A stretch of 64,000 nucleotides of DNA. Source: Macrostomum hystrix. Taxonomy: Eukaryota > Animalia > Platyhelminthes. Made by a program: the position numbers and the translations under genes. The stretch is from contig CATNEN010000038.1 in assembly GCA_950097015.1 (NCBI GenBank), forward strand, positions 6,510,001 to 6,574,000, read 5' to 3'. How positions within the stretch are numbered: the first letter of the stretch is position 1; each line of letters begins with the position of its first letter. This document shows positions 12,861 to 27,755 of the stretch, piece by piece. Under the pieces are notes generated by a model. The model was given only the letters and a program-made list of their open reading frames with translations, did no database searches and was not told where the DNA came from.

Positions 12861-13657
12861 CTATATAGTGGCAGAGCTTATTCCCATGGTCCCATTCTGA
12901 TAATTTCAATTTTATCCACACGGATCCATGCTGATAATTTTTTTGCTAATCATCACGGCAGCCTGTAGGCCTATGAATAGGTCTACAGCTCTTTATATAT
13001 GCCGTGCTGTTAATTTCAATTTTATCCACACAGAGCCATGCCAATAATTTTCTGCTTATCCACATGGCAGCTTATATGAATAGGTCTAAAACTTTTTATA
13101 TAAATATGCCGTGTCATTAATTTCAATTTTATCCACATGGTTCTGTTCTTTGAAACAAGGCCCTTTCAGGTTTGAATGTTTTGTTGAACCCTCGAGCCAA
13201 TGGATCAACAAAGTTGCCAGTATGTTCAGACAGTGTTCTACATTTTGACCTACACATTCATTAAACGACATTAATGTCGTCCTTTTTAATTATTGTAATA
13301 ACAACTTACTAAATCTTTTGTCATTGTTATGTGTTATCATTCAAATTTTATTGCCTTAAAAAGCAAGAAGTCTATCAAAGAAAATAATACAAGTCAACCA
13401 GCAGAATTCTAACTTCAGCACCCAACTCGTCACACATATTATACACCATTGTTATTCTTTTACACTATGCATTGACAGTGTACACTATACACTATACTCT
13501 GATCCTTATGCTCAGAGAAGAATAGGTAGGGACTTGAAAGTAGACCTATTCATACAAGCTGCCATGTGGATAAGCAAAAAATTATTGGCACGGATCCATG
13601 TAGATAAAATTGAAATTATCGGCATCGGACTCTGGGAATAAGCACTTCCATATATAG
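12861..13657. mobile_element. MITE/foldback-like element with ~120-bp imperfect terminal inverted repeats
   Basis: Reverse complement of 13541-13657 aligns with 12861-12985; partial tandem copies of the left arm at 13000-13140; TATA-rich ends. Confidence 0.7.
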
Positions 13658-13899
13658 CAATACTAGCTTTTTTTGCCCGTTGCTTTTGGGGCAGAAATTT
13701 AAAGCAAAGCAGTAAGTAATTTACGTCTCCGTATTAACTTTATAGTGAAGGTCACCATTTATTTATTTACTGCATTAATGAAAAGTGAAAAGTTTGTTTA
13801 AGGGCGTTTTAAGTAAAAAATATGTGAAAAGTTTGTCCAAACAACCCCCTCTTGATTACTTCTTTAGAAACATGTCTCTTAGCCACTCCTCTATACAGT

Positions 13900-14177
13900 C
13901 AGTGGCAGATCCAGGAATTTTGTTTTGGGGCGGTCTGTCAGGGGAGCGCCATGAGAATCACAGAGGGGGTGCCAGCGGCCGAAAAAGGGCGCCAGGAGCC
14001 AAGAAAGGGCGCCAGCGGCTGAAAAACGGGAGCCAGCGGCTGAAAAAGGGGCGCCAGCGGCCGAAAAGGGGCGCCAGTGCTGCGACTGGCACCCCTGGTG
14101 GGGGCATCTTATTCCCATGATTAAAATTTTGGGGGGGGGGCGACTGCCCCCCGCCCCCCCCCCTAAATCTGCCTCTG
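13900..14177. mobile_element. hAT-like MITE
   Basis: TIRs CAGTGGCAGATCCAGG / CCTAAATCTGCCTCTG; perfect 8-bp TSD TATACAGT at 13892-13899 and 14178-14185; internal ~21-bp GGGCGCCAGCGGCCGAAAAA repeats. Confidence 0.85.
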
Positions 14178-14578
14178 TATACAGTATGCATGTACACGCG
14201 TATACATAAGGAAAATAGCCATGGCATAACAATAACAATGTCAAAGAAACAAAATTAAACTGTTTCAGAGTTCAGAGTTAGACAGGTCAAGGTCAATTCG
14301 TGACTACTTTTCTATTAATTGCTTGCGAGTCACCTCAAGGCCTGGGGATACACCACATTCTTCGTTCTTCCCCTTGGTGCGAAAATGAATAGGCCAGCTG
14401 GAGTTCCAACACGGGAGCAGGCGACATAAAGCTGCCCATGCGAGAAGCAAGGAGTCTCCAGGTTGATGCCAGCCACCTTCAGTGACTGTCCCTGAGCCTT
14501 GTTAATAGTCATCGCAAAGCACACTCTCACATGGAACTGCAGTCGCTTGAACTGAAATGGCAGGTCTGTGGGGATAAT

Positions 14579-17500
14579 AATGGGCTGTCGGACCCCAACA
14601 GTGGACGCCACCGCAGCACCACCCGGCCCAATGTTTCATCGGAACCCCCAGCGGAAAAACGGGTTGAGGACACGGACGCCGCTGTTGCGGCAGCCCCGGC
14701 CTCAACTCTGGATCCGATTCAGGAGGAACCGATGGAGCTCGGGCAAAACACCGGCGAGGACGAGGAATCGCTCCTGAACAACTCGCCGTAGGCCAGCAGA
14801 TAGCCGCACGGACCGCCCCTCCTGGGGTGAGCTTCCTGCAGCTGAACCTGCACCACTGCATCGCGGCCTCGACCAACCTGGCGCGTGTGGTGGACTTCGA
14901 AAAACCGGGCATCATCCTCCTCCAAGAGCCCTGGACGAAGAAAGGTAAGATTCCGAACATTCCTGCTGGTTTTGACTGTTTTTTCATGCCCCAAAACCCC
15001 AGGGCTGCTGTGTTCGCGACTACCGATCTAAAAGCTTGGTATAGACCAGACCTCTCTGACAAAGACCTCTGTGTCATCCAAACCAACCACATTCTCCCGA
15101 ACCGCACCGTCATCATCGCCTCTATATACATTCCTGGCGACGGTCCTGCGGTTCCGCCCAGTCTCACTTCCCTCGTGGACTACTGCTCAGACCGCGACTT
15201 TGAGCTGCTGGTGGCAGGCGACATAAATGCCCACCACACCCACTGGGGCAGTGTTACCTCCAACTGCAGAGGCGAGGATCTCCTTGCCTACATCTGCACC
15301 ACCAATATTGAGTTCTGCAACTCGGGTGGCACACCCACCTTTGACAATGGACGATGGACGGAGGTCCTTGACGCCACCCTCGCCTCTCAGGGCCTGATCC
15401 CTCTGATTAGGAACTGGCAGGTGTGGGACGAAGAGGAATCTCTGTCTGACCATCGCTTCATTCGTTTCCGGTTGCTAAGCTCCTACTCCAAGCCTGGTAT
15501 TCTGTGGAAAAGGAACGCCCGGAATACTGACTGGACGGCCTTTGCGGAATCCGTGAAGCGCCAGACCAACCAGTTAAAATCCGTTGTTCCTGCCACCTGT
15601 CAAGAAGTGGACGATCTGGCTGATCTACTCAGCATGACCATCTTGACAGCTCATGAAACCTCTTGCCCTCTTAAAGCCTACAAAGGCAAAAAATCCGCTC
15701 CCTGGTGGAACCCAGCGCTTGGAACCCTCCGGCGAAAGGCCAAATCCCTCCAGCGGATTGCGCGGAAAAGCAAGGACCAAGCTGACCTGACCGCCTACCA
15801 GAATGCGATTCGTGACTTTAAGCGTGACACCAGGAAAGCGAAGTCCGAAAAGTGGCGCCAATACTGCTCCGAGCTGGAGGGCGCCCGCCCAACTTCTCGC
15901 GTTGTAAAAGCGCTCACTCTTGACAAAATGTCGAAGCTCTCAGTGATCAAAAGACCGGACGGCCGGCTTGCTGAGAATCCTGGCGAATCGCTGGACATCA
16001 TGCTCGCCAGCGCCTTCCCCCAGACTGCGCCGCTTCAGGACCCGCCGGACCACACTCCGGGTGGGCACATCCTTGCGACAACTATTATCACTAGAGAACG
16101 GACAGCTCGCGCTGCTAACTCCTTCTCGCCTTTTAAGTCGCCTGGACCTGACAACATTTACCCCGCCTTCCTACATGAAGCGGTAAAAAATGACAGGTTC
16201 CTCGGCCTCCTTTGCAACCTGTTCAAGGCCTGTATCACCCTCGGGTACGTACCCAGGTCTTGGCAGGAAGCCACTATCGTCTTCATCCCCAAACCTGGGA
16301 AGGGAGACTACCACTCCGCCAAAGCCTTCCGCCCCATCAGCTTAACATCTTTCTTTCTTAAGCTGCTTGAAAGGCTTGTTCTTTGGCGCCTCCTTCACGT
16401 TGAGCTGAGGAACTCCCCGCTCTCCGCCAACCAGCACGCCTTTCGATCCGGACGTTCCATCGAAAGTGCTCTGCATGCCATCGTCGACAAGCTGGAGCGC
16501 GCCGTGCTTGGCACCGGTTTTGCTCTCTCGCTTTTCCTCGACATTGATGGTGCCTTCGACAATGTGCTCTTCGGAGCCTTTAGGCGAGCCCTGGAACGCC
16601 GGGCTACGCACGAGCACCTCACCCGCTGGATCATGTATATGATCTCTCACCGAACTGCCACCTCGCACCTGCTTGGACACTCCCGTTCTGTGAATGTCCA
16701 GAAGGGAGGCCCGCAGGGTGGCGTTCTCAGTCCGATCCTTTGGAACCTTGTCATGGACGAACTGCTCTGCAGCCCTGACCCGGACCCGGTCCAAAAAATC
16801 GGCTATGCTGACGACGTCACCGCCACCGTGGCCGGACCGTCTCCCCCGGTCCTTAGAGACCTTCTGCAAGCTTTCATCCACCGTGCCGAACGCTGGGCCA
16901 ATGGCTGCGGCCTCAAACTCTCTGAGTCCAAGACCGTCGCCATTATGTTCACCAGCAAACGAAACTGGAGGATTGAGCCTCTCCTTCTCTATGACAAACC
17001 AATCGCCATGGAGAAGCAAACCAGATGCTTAGGTGTCATCCTCGACCACAGGTTGAGCTGGACACCTCACGTCAAATTCAAAACCCGTAAAGCTCTTGCG
17101 ACGCTCGCGCAGATTCGCAGAGCCTTCGGCGCCACCTGGGGCCTCACCCCCCGCCGTCTCTGGTGGATTTACACTACCATTGTAAGACCGGCCATCTCTT
17201 TTGCCGGCTTCATCTGGAATAGTGCCCTGGAGACCAAAGGGGTCCTGGAGGCCCTAAACAAGGTGCAGGGCCGTGCTTGTCGAGCCATCATGAGTGCGGC
17301 ACCCTCCACTCCCTTCGCTGGCATGAATGCCTTCCTGGACCTTCCCCCTTTAGATCTTTTTATCAAGGGGGAGGCGATGAAGACGGCTCGTCGTCTTCTG
17401 GACGCGGGTATCTCCATCCGGAAGCAACTTGCCTTCAGCAAGCGGAACCTCCAGCCCCATGGCGACCTCAGCCTACGGGACCTGGACGCAGCAGGAGGTC

Positions 17501-18619
17501 TCAAAATTCTCTCCGACGGAATCCCGTCGACGCTGTGCCCACCGCAAAAATTCAAAACCAGCATTCCGCCTCGACAGGAAGTACGTGACCACGGCCAACC
17601 CCGTGAAATTCACTGCTTCACCGACGGATCGCAAATCAACTCGATCTCTGGTTTCGGCTACTGCATTATGTCCGGAGGGAAAACTTTGGCGACCTTCTCC
17701 CAGCACACCGGCATAAACTCTACCGTCTTCCAGAACGAAGTTCTCGCCATCAGCTCCTGCGCCCTGGAGCTGATCAACCAAAACGTCCATGGAGCGGAAA
17801 TCTTCCTCCACTCGGACAGCCAGGCGGCGATCCATGCCCTTGGACGCACGCACACCTGCTCGCGCACAGTCCTCGACTGCGTCGCGCAACTCAACCGCTT
17901 AGGGACCCACAACAAGGTGTCCCTAAGGTGGATTCCAGGGCACTCTGGCCACCCTGGTAACGAATTGGCCGACAGCCTCGCCAAGGCCGGTTCGACGGGC
18001 TCGCTTTTTGGCCCCGTGCCTGCGGTCTCCACCCCTACCGCCGTCATCAACACTCGGATTAACCAGTGGGTGACCTCAAAGCACAAGGACAGATGGATCA
18101 ACACCGCCGATTGTCGGCAGTCTCGCGCTGCTGTCCCTTGTCCCTCCACTGCCCTTCGCAAAGCCTTGCTTGGACTGAACCGCAAGGACATCAGGGCAGT
18201 CACCATGGCCCTCTCTGGCCATGGCTGTTTCGCCAGGCACCGCTTCCTGCAAGGCAAAATCCGCAGTGAGGAATGCCCCTTCTGCCTCTCCTATGTTGAG
18301 GATGCAGAGCATTTTATTTGCGACTGCCCCGCCTTCACTCAGGACCGGCTCACCTATCTCGGCCCAAACCCGGATCTCCCCGACGTTTTCAGGCCTGAGA
18401 ACATCTGCCAGCTCGTCCGATACCTGAGGGCCACCGGGCGAGCAACCCTCCACCTCCTGGACACTCCGGAGGAGGACCGCGCTGCGGACGCCGGCACCAC
18501 CGGATCCCCCTGCGCGACACCGCAGCTCTAGTTGCCCGTGGTCGCCAGGGGCTAGCGGAATGGGCGGCAACGCCTCCCCGCTGCATCCGGAAGATGCCCC
18601 CTGCAGCTAAGTCAAGTAA
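14579..18619 (+). mobile_element. 5'-truncated LOA/R1-group-like LINE with intact ORF2
   Basis: 11-bp TSD GTGGGGATAAT at 14568-14578 and 18620-18630; probable ORF1 tail ending 14791; TAAGTCAAGTAA tail. Confidence 0.93.
14827..18531 (+). CDS. LINE ORF2: AP endonuclease, RT, RNase H, C-terminal CCHC (1234 aa)
   Basis: QLNLHH, LLQEPW, GDINAHH, SDHRFI; [15 protein letters not shown]; [28 protein letters not shown]; CPFC...HFICDC. Confidence 0.96.
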   Translation: MSFLQLNLHHCIAASTNLARVVDFEKPGIILLQEPWTKKGKIPNIPAGFDCFFMPQNPRAAVFATTDLKAWYRPDLSDKDLCVIQTNHILPNRTVIIASIYIPGDGPAVPPSLTSLVDYCSDRDFELLVAGDINAHHTHWGSVTSNCRGEDLLAYICTTNIEFCNSGGTPTFDNGRWTEVLDATLASQGLIPLIRNWQVWDEEESLSDHRFIRFRLLSSYSKPGILWKRNARNTDWTAFAESVKRQTNQLKSVVPATCQEVDDLADLLSMTILTAHETSCPLKAYKGKKSAPWWNPALGTLRRKAKSLQRIARKSKDQADLTAYQNAIRDFKRDTRKAKSEKWRQYCSELEGARPTSRVVKALTLDKMSKLSVIKRPDGRLAENPGESLDIMLASAFPQTAPLQDPPDHTPGGHILATTIITRERTARAANSFSPFKSPGPDNIYPAFLHEAVKNDRFLGLLCNLFKACITLGYVPRSWQEATIVFIPKPGKGDYHSAKAFRPISLTSFFLKLLERLVLWRLLHVELRNSPLSANQHAFRSGRSIESALHAIVDKLERAVLGTGFALSLFLDIDGAFDNVLFGAFRRALERRATHEHLTRWIMYMISHRTATSHLLGHSRSVNVQKGGPQGGVLSPILWNLVMDELLCSPDPDPVQKIGYADDVTATVAGPSPPVLRDLLQAFIHRAERWANGCGLKLSESKTVAIMFTSKRNWRIEPLLLYDKPIAMEKQTRCLGVILDHRLSWTPHVKFKTRKALATLAQIRRAFGATWGLTPRRLWWIYTTIVRPAISFAGFIWNSALETKGVLEALNKVQGRACRAIMSAAPSTPFAGMNAFLDLPPLDLFIKGEAMKTARRLLDAGISIRKQLAFSKRNLQPHGDLSLRDLDAAGGLKILSDGIPSTLCPPQKFKTSIPPRQEVRDHGQPREIHCFTDGSQINSISGFGYCIMSGGKTLATFSQHTGINSTVFQNEVLAISSCALELINQNVHGAEIFLHSDSQAAIHALGRTHTCSRTVLDCVAQLNRLGTHNKVSLRWIPGHSGHPGNELADSLAKAGSTGSLFGPVPAVSTPTAVINTRINQWVTSKHKDRWINTADCRQSRAAVPCPSTALRKALLGLNRKDIRAVTMALSGHGCFARHRFLQGKIRSEECPFCLSYVEDAEHFICDCPAFTQDRLTYLGPNPDLPDVFRPENICQLVRYLRATGRATLHLLDTPEEDRAADAGTTGSPCATPQL

Positions 18620-21124
18620 GTGGGGATAATTGGAATCCGGGGAACGAACACAGACTCTCCTCTGCCAGATCCAGTCATTATCGTGGCCTCAATCATGTGT
18701 GGGAAGAGCCGCCTGACTATCAGTCTGGTGCCGTTACACAGCCTTGGCGCATTCAGGTTGCGGAGGAGCATAATTGGTGCCCCAACTTTCAGCTGCAAGT
18801 TGTGCGATGGAGTTCCAGGAGGATCTAGAGAGTTCAGAAACTCAACAGGATACTCCACAGTGGTGTCATCAGTCAACGTTGTATTAATTGACTTGTAGGT
18901 GAAAACTGCACCTGGCAACTCCTGAAGCAGTTGGTAGTTAATTTCGTTGGCGGCATCATTTCTAGGACACAGAATTGCCCTCTCTGACAGCCAGTCAAAG
19001 TCAGCATATCGAACCATCAGGTTCGGGTAAAATTTTGCCTTGAGCTTTTTTGACGATTTTTGAGCAGTTTTTGCACTTTTGAGCAGGAAGGAAAAGATTT
19101 TTCGGGAATTCGAGTAGTCTATTGCACTCAGCGTAGGTGGTTTTAGGTATGTGCAAAGTTTGGTGCGATTTGGTTGAGCGGTTTCGGCGTCTATAAAGAC
19201 AAAAGACAGACACTGGGACGCCACCGCACTCACCGCACTCAGTCTCAGTGCTGCTTGGGGGCCAGTAGACAGTCTAGGGGTTTGGGCTGTGTACATTCAC
19301 GGCTTGAAATACAATGTACAGTCTGGGGCTTCGGCGCCCGGGGAAGGGAGGGGGTGGCTGTAATAAAATTTGGCCCGCAGAGTGGCGGAGGGGAGTTGGG
19401 GTGGCTGTCCTCGGAAAACAAAAAGTGACTCACTTTGAGATGATGCAGCTTTGCTCTGGATTGAGTAGAGATGTTCAAAATTGACAGCATTGTTGGAAAA
19501 CATGTAAAGTGTAAGTGGATCAAATTTGGAGAAAATCTGACAAAGTGGGGCGACGATATGTCGAATTAAGTGATTTTTTGACGATTTTTGAGCAGTTTTT
19601 TGCACTTTTGAGCAGGAAGGAAATGATTTTTCGGGAATTTGAGTAGCCTATTGCACTCAGCGTAGGTGGTTTTAGGTATGTGCAAAGTTTGGTGCGATTT
19701 GGTTGAGCGGTTTCGGCGTCTATAAAGACAAAAGGTTGCACACACACACAGACAGAGTTTTCACTTTTATATATATAGATAATATGTTATAGGGCAAAAA
19801 TAAGTATGAAATTAACTATCGTATCTCTAGTAACTAAATTTGTTTTAATGTTTCCAATAAATATTTGCTTTAATGCACCTGAATGTTACTTTTAATGCAC
19901 CAAAATAAAAATTATTTTGTTATTATAGCAGGGTAGCCATTAGCCTATAAATACACAGGAAAGAACTGAAGGAAGAGCAACCTTGTCGAATGTGAAACAT
20001 TGTAAAAGACCTAAGGTTCAAATAAGTGTGTTCAAAACTATATATCTAAAAGGAGTTTCCTAGAAGTTATTCATTTCATATGAAGAAAGATATAGAAGAA
20101 AAGCTGTAATACTTAGATCATTGGTAACACCTTAAAAGGGGACTGAATATTACAAACCAGATAGCCTACCCAGCTTAAGAATAAAAATATAATCTTATGA
20201 ATGATATGAAATAACTAAGTAACTAAAAACTCAGTCATTATATGAAAACGCTACCAAATTCAAATTAAATACACTACCATTAAGAGTTAAAAGCTCATAT
20301 TGTGTCAAATTTATAAGAATAAAAAAGACTAAAATTGTTAAGAATCTAACCACTGTAGGGCAAGATAAATCTATAAGAGCCCTATGACAAATATATTTAT
20401 GTATATTACAAATTGGTGCATTTTGTTCTGAACAAATCATTAAAATGAAATTTTCTATTTAAATCAAGCAACTTTAAAAGTAGTATAAAATAGTAAATGT
20501 CAATTAGCCTTTGCCCATAGACCATTTCATTAGTTTTTGTATTTAATATAGAAACTGATCTCTAGTCAAACATATTTATTAGCATCATGCTGAAGTTATG
20601 CTAGACTAGACTGTATTAATTTTGATCCCCTGAAAATTTAGGCAATTTACTATTTAATAAATGTAAAAAGTTAACATTTAAGACTTAAAACTAATAAAAT
20701 GGTACTTGATATGTAAAAGAACTTTGCTTTATCAGCAATGTATTGAAATCTATCAATTGTTTTAAAGAAAAATACAGAAAAAGTGGACTTTAATAAATTC
20801 AGCAAAAGTATAGACCTAACCTAATAATTGATTTCATAAGTTAATTCGAATTGAAAGCATATAAATGGAGTAATGTATATTATATTATATTATGTTATTA
20901 TATATAACTGTTAGGATTTTTCTGAGTAGAATATATTGCCAAAGGCACAGATAACGTGCATGGTTAAGATATTGAGTGAACTTTACTTTGATTGTAGATA
21001 TTGTTACTAATAACATCAAGATAAACATAATTGATACTATTAAAATAATCCCAATCTTTTTTATTTCAGATTCTGAATATATAAATTATTCGAGCCTTAA
21101 GTTAATTTGGTATTCATTTCTACA

Positions 21125-21619
21125 ATGTCGTATCAGCAGCAGCCGCCACAGCCTCCACCATATTATCCACCCCCGGGTGGACAGCCGCCCCATACTGGCC
21201 AGCCGCCAAAGTATGAAAGCGATCCTTTGAATACAGGCGTGGCTGGCGGTGGAAGAGGATATTATCAGGTTAGTTATTGCCCTAATTTTAAAAGTTATCG
21301 TTATAAAAGTGCATTTTTCTAAACCTAAACTAAATTACAGGCCGCTGGAGGCCCAGGCCCCACCATCGCCAGTACAACTATTATAATTCGCGAGTTCGGC
21401 CCCTATCCATCGAGCATCGAGTGCCCATTCTGCCGGTGTCACGTGCTGACCAGCGTGAACTACACACCTGGCTGCCTAGCCTGGCTCTCCGGTTCTCTGC
21501 TGTGCCTGTTCGGTCTCTGGCCCTGCGCTTGCATTCCCTGCTGCATCAACGACTGCCAGGATGCCAAGCACTATTGTCCTCACTGCGGCCAGTACCTTGG
21601 CACCTATGCCAGAATCTAA
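21125..21619 (+). CDS. LITAF-domain protein; exons 21125-21268 and 21341-21619 (140 aa)
   Basis: Pro-rich N-terminus with PPPY; CPFC...hydrophobic segment...HYCPHC LITAF signature; GT-AG intron in phase 0. Confidence 0.92.
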
Positions 21620-22492
21620 CCAATTTTTTAAAAACTTTACCAATCGCCATTCATTAGTAATTAAATATTTATTAAAACGTGTATTTTACGCTTTTTGACT
21701 CTTATTATGTCAAAATCAAACTAAATTAATGTATGAGAAACCCGGAAAAAGCATAATATAAACAAACCTAAACAAACATAGCAAATCGAAAACGTAAATG
21801 AAATAAAAATATATTTAGTTTTTTTACAACTTAATGTATTCTGTACCCAGGAACGCGTATCTTTTACTGGTTTGATCGTTTTCTCTTTCAACTCGTGAGC
21901 AAAATTTCTTTACAATAGTAAAATGTCATACAGTTTTTTTTGTTTTGCAAATTCAATTTTGAGTTTATTCAGACTTTATGAAAAAAATATGGCATGCTTT
22001 TTTACATTTCGTTTGTCATTTAGTCATCACGTAAATCTTCCTAAGAAAATTATTTTTGCGGACAATTTATCGTCCATTGGCAGAATAATTTTACTTTAGG
22101 CAATAAAAGTTATTGCTTAATTTAAACTCTAATTACTTTTTCCTGCCAGACAATAAAGTACAATATTAGTAACCAGTCAATTGTGTATCTAACAATAATT
22201 TCTGTACAAAATCCTCAAAGTATTACTTTAAGTAGCATCCTAAGCTTGTATTAATATCAGTTGAGATGCCAAGGCTGTGTTTATCGGCATTGACTATCCA
22301 GATAGCCAAGTTGTGTTCTCCCATCTAACCATATCGTCTCCCCTTAGTTGCAGCGTTCTTGTCTAGCCATAATATTGTGTCCCTGTTCTTTGTGAATGAC
22401 TCTATTGAAGCAAAGAATCCGTTGTTGCCATTTTGTGACTGACTTGCCTATGAGCTTATTGCCTATCAGTCTGTAGCAAAGAAATAGTGTGA

Positions 22493-23653
<1,161 letters not shown>

Positions 23654-23863
23654 TAGCTTTGATTGTAATCTTAAATTCTTTTTTCTGAGAAAAAATATTT
23701 TTGTTAAATCAATACATGTCAATAAAACCTAATCAACAGTTTCTTTATTTTTGTGCATTGCTGACTTTGCTAGAAGCAGCAATTTTGCCTCTTTGGTGAA
23801 AGTGATTTTCAATTATGCGAAAACCTCTGCTGCAGTTTTCAGACTTGTTGAATTTCTGTCACG

Positions 23864-24980
23864 AGACCCAATGTCCCCAAGCAGCAGCGACCCAATGTCC
23901 CCAAGCAGCAGCGACCCAATGTCCCCAAGCAGCAGCGACCCAATGTCCCCAAGCAGCAGCGACCCAATGTCCCCAAGCAGCAGCGACCCAATGTCCCCAA
24001 GCAGCAGCGACCCAATGTCCCCAAGCAGCAGCGACCCAATGTCCACCAAGCAGCAGCGACCCAATGTCCCCAAGCAGCAGCGACCCAATGTCCACCAAGC
24101 AGCAGCGACCCAATGTCCCCAAGCAGCAGCGACCCAATGTCCACCAAGCAGCAGCGACCCAATGTCCCCAAGCAGCAGCGACCCAATGTCCACCAAGCAG
24201 CAGAGACCCAATGTCCCCAAGCAGCAGCGACCCAATGTCCCCAAGCAGCAGCGACCCAATGTCCACCAAGCAGCAGCGACCCAATGTCCCCAAGCAGCAG
24301 CGACCCAATGTCCACCAAGCAGCAGCGACCCAATGTCCCCAAGCAGCAGCGACCCAATGTCCCCAAGCAGCAGCGACCCAATGTGCCCAAGCAGCAGAGA
24401 CCCAATGTCCCCAAGCAGCAGCGACCCAATGTCCACCAAGCAGCAGAGACCCAATGTCCCCAAGCAGCAGCGACCCAATGTCCCCAAGCAGCAGCGACCC
24501 AATGTGCCCAAGCAGCAGAGACCCAATGTCCCCAAGCTGCAGCGACCCAATGTCCCCAAGCAGCAGCGACCCAATGTCCGCCAGCAGCAGAGACCCAATG
24601 TCCCCAAGCAGCAGCGACCCAATGTCCACCAAGCAGCAGCGACTAATGTCCCCAAGCAGCACCGACCCAATGTCCCCAAGCAGCAGCGACCCAATGTCCC
24701 CAAGCAGCAGCGACCCAATGTCCCCAAGCAGCAGCGACACAATGTCCCCAAGCAGCAGCGACACAATGTCCACCAAGCAGCAGCGACCCAATGTCCCCAA
24801 GCAGCAGCGACCCAATGTCCCCAAGCAGCAACGACACAATGTCCATCAAGCAGCAGAGACCCAATGTCCCCAAGCAGCAGCGACCCAATGTCCCCAAGCA
24901 GCAGCGACCCAATGTCCCCCAAGCAGCAGTGACACAATGTCCCCCCAGCAGCAGACCCAATGTCCCCCAGCAGCAGACTC
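23864..24980. repeat. Minisatellite, 24/25-bp unit GACCCAATGTCC(A)CCAAGCAGCAGC
   Basis: Direct tandem copies. Confidence 0.95.
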
Positions 24981-25519
24981 CCTAGATCAGCTGCTAGCAG
25001 CATGTCTCCCTAGAGCTTTAATGCCACTTATTCTAAAAAAGCATTTTGCTTCGCAATTCTCTTTGCCTACCCCATCGGCCAATCACAGTAGACTTTGTTG
25101 CTATTCGCCGACAGTCAATGAACAACGATAATTCTAATACGATATGGAGCTCTAGCTTCAGAAAATTCTAGAATTTTGCTCAAGTTGAGATTCCAAATTT
25201 TCTGGAGATTCTAAACGTAAGTTACAATCAGATTTTCGCAGTTTTAAAGTCATTGGCATGCAATGTACTCGTAGATTCATTATGTTAGCATTATCTTGTT
25301 TTAACTGTTTGCCTCTGCTCAGCTTTCTCACAGCTGCTCTCAAGTATATTTCAATGTTTGGAGCAGGAAGCGAAGGTATTGCCACCCTACCCACGGCAAA
25401 CATGACGCGAAATAGACAAGTCTGTTGCACTTTTATCTGTGCCTCACTAAACCTGTTTGTTTGCGCCTATGAACAGCTCATCAGTTCTACGATTTTGCAT
25501 TTAATTTGACACCGCTCAG

Positions 25520-25900
25520 TCTTTTCTCTCCTCTCCTTGCTCTCTTCCTCCCCTGCCTCTCTTATTTCTCCCCTGCCTCTCTTATTTCTCCCCTGCCTCT
25601 TTTCTTTCTCCCCTGTCTCTCTTCTTTCTCCCCTGTCTCTCTTCTTTCTCCCCTGCCTCTCTTCTTTCTCCCCTGCCTCTCTTCTTTCTCCCCTGCCTCT
25701 CTTCTTTCTCCCCTGTCTCTCTTATTTCTCCCCTGTCTCTCTTAATTCTCCCCTGTCTCTCTTATTTCTCCGCTGTCTCTCTTATTTCTCCCCTGCCTGT
25801 TCTCTTTCTCCCCTGTCTCTCTTCTTTCTCCCCTGCCTCTCTTCTTTCTCCCCTGCCTCTCTTCTTTCTCCCCTGCCTCTCTTTTGTCTACCCTGCCTCC
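25520..25900. repeat. Pyrimidine-rich minisatellite, 20-bp unit CTTCTTTCTCCCCTGCCTCT
   Basis: Direct tandem copies. Confidence 0.95.
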
Positions 25901-26321
25901 CTAATTTCTCACTCACCCTTGCTAGTATTTTTCTGCAGTGAAAACGCCAAGCAATTCTTGTCTCCATCTTTGAGTCTAGCCCCCTCGAATTTCCTGCTCC
26001 CGTGTCTGCTTACTGGGTCGGCTAGTATTTCCCGCCGGTTGATTTTATCCGGGCAACAACGGCTAGCAACTTCGAAGTTGCTAAGATTCTTGGAAGTTTT
26101 TCTAGCTCGAATCTACATGCAATTTTCTAGGATATGCGTGCACGAATCATAACTCTCGAGTCCTGTAAGAATGAGTAGTGCAGTGCTCATCAATAATTAG
26201 CCAGTTACTCACCGGAAGATTAGATTAGAGCCGATTGAGTTGTTCTCTGTTGGTCTCGACATAAATAATTTGGCTATAAGCCTTGCCATAGTAAAAAATG
26301 GTTGTGTCGCACCTGTTGTAT

Positions 26322-27755
26322 CGCATCCTGCAATGATGTGACCCCACCATGAAATCTGTGCGACCCCGTCCTGCAATCAGTGTGACCCCACCCTGCAATC
26401 AGTGTGACCCCACCATGAAATCTGTGTGACCCCACCATGAAATCTGTGTGACCCCACCATAAAATCTGGGTGACCCCGTCCTGCAATCAGTGTGACCCCA
26501 CCCTGCAATCAGTGTGACCCCACCCTGCAATTAGTGTGACCCCACCCTGCAATCAGTGTGACCCCATCCTGCAATCAGTGTGACCCCGTCCTGCAATCAG
26601 TGTGACCCCGTCCTGCAATCAGTGTGACCCCGTCCTGCAATCAGTGTGACCCCATCCTGCAATCAGTGTGGTGACCCCATCCTGCAATCAGTGTGACCCC
26701 ATCCTGCAATGAGTGTGACCCCATCCTGCAATCAGTGTGACCCCACCATGAAATCTGTGTGACCCCACCATGAAATCTGTGTGACCCCACCATGAAATCT
26801 GGGTGACCCCATCCTGCAATTCGTGTGACCCCATCCTGCAATGAGTGTGACCCCATCCTACAATCTGTGTGACCCCATCCTACAATCTGTGTGACCCCAT
26901 CCTGCAATGAGTGTGACCCCATCCTGCAATGAGTGTGACCCCATCCTACAATGAGTGTGACTCCATCCTGCAATGAGTGTGACCCCATCCTGCAATCAGT
27001 GTGACCCCACCATGAAATCTGTGTCACCCCACCTGCAATCAGTGTGACCCCATCATGAAATCTGTGTGACCCCACCATGAAATCTGTGTGACCCCATCCT
27101 GCAATCCGTGTGACCCCATCATGAAATCTGTGTGACCCCATCCTGCAATGAGTGTGACCCCATCCTACAATCTGTGTGACCCCATCCTACAATCTGTGTG
27201 ACCCCATCCTGCAATGAGTGTGACCCCATCCTGCAATGAGTGTGACCCCATCCTACAATGAGTGTGACTCCATCCTGCAATGAGTGTGACCCCATCCTGC
27301 AATCAGTGTGACCCCACCATGAAATCTGTGTCACCCCACCTGCAATCAGTGTGACCCCATCATGAAATCTGTGTGACCCCACCATGAAATCTGTGTGACC
27401 CCATCCTGCAATCCGTGTGACCCCATCATGAAATCTGTGTGACCCCATCCTGCAATGAGTGTGACCCCATCCTACAATCTGTGTGACCCCATCCGACAAT
27501 CAGTGTGACCGCATCCTGCAATGAGTGTGACCCCATCCGACAATCAGTGTGACCGCATCCTACAATCCGTGTGACCCCATCCTACAATCCGTGTGACCCC
27601 ATCCTACGATCAGTGTGACCCCATCCTGCAATGAGTGTGACCCCATCTTGCAATCAGTGTGACCCCACCCTGCAATGAGTGTGACCCCATCCTACAATCC
27701 GTGTGACCCCATCCTACAATCCGTGTGACCCCATCCTACAATCAGTGTGACACAC
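26322..27755. repeat. Minisatellite, 22-bp unit GTGTGACCCCATCCTGCAATCA
   Basis: Direct tandem copies with block duplications. Confidence 0.95.

Larger units (their letters stand above)
14330..19030 (-). pseudogene. Helitron PIF1-like helicase C-terminal fragment, split by a LINE (19030-18620 joined to 14567-14330)
   Basis: ERAILCPRN, LKVGAPIMLLRNL..PRLCNGTRL, VPRIPIIPT | DLPFQFKRLQF..FAMTINKAQGQSL..FSHGQLYVACSRV. Confidence 0.92.
13663..19779 (-). mobile_element. Internally deleted Helitron with nested LINE and MITE
   Basis: Minus strand starts A|TCTATATATATAAAAG (19779) and ends with a degenerate GC hairpin plus CTAG|T (13663); carries a PIF1 helicase C-terminus; 5' region duplicated (19040-19207 vs 19572-19735). 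Confidence 0.85.
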
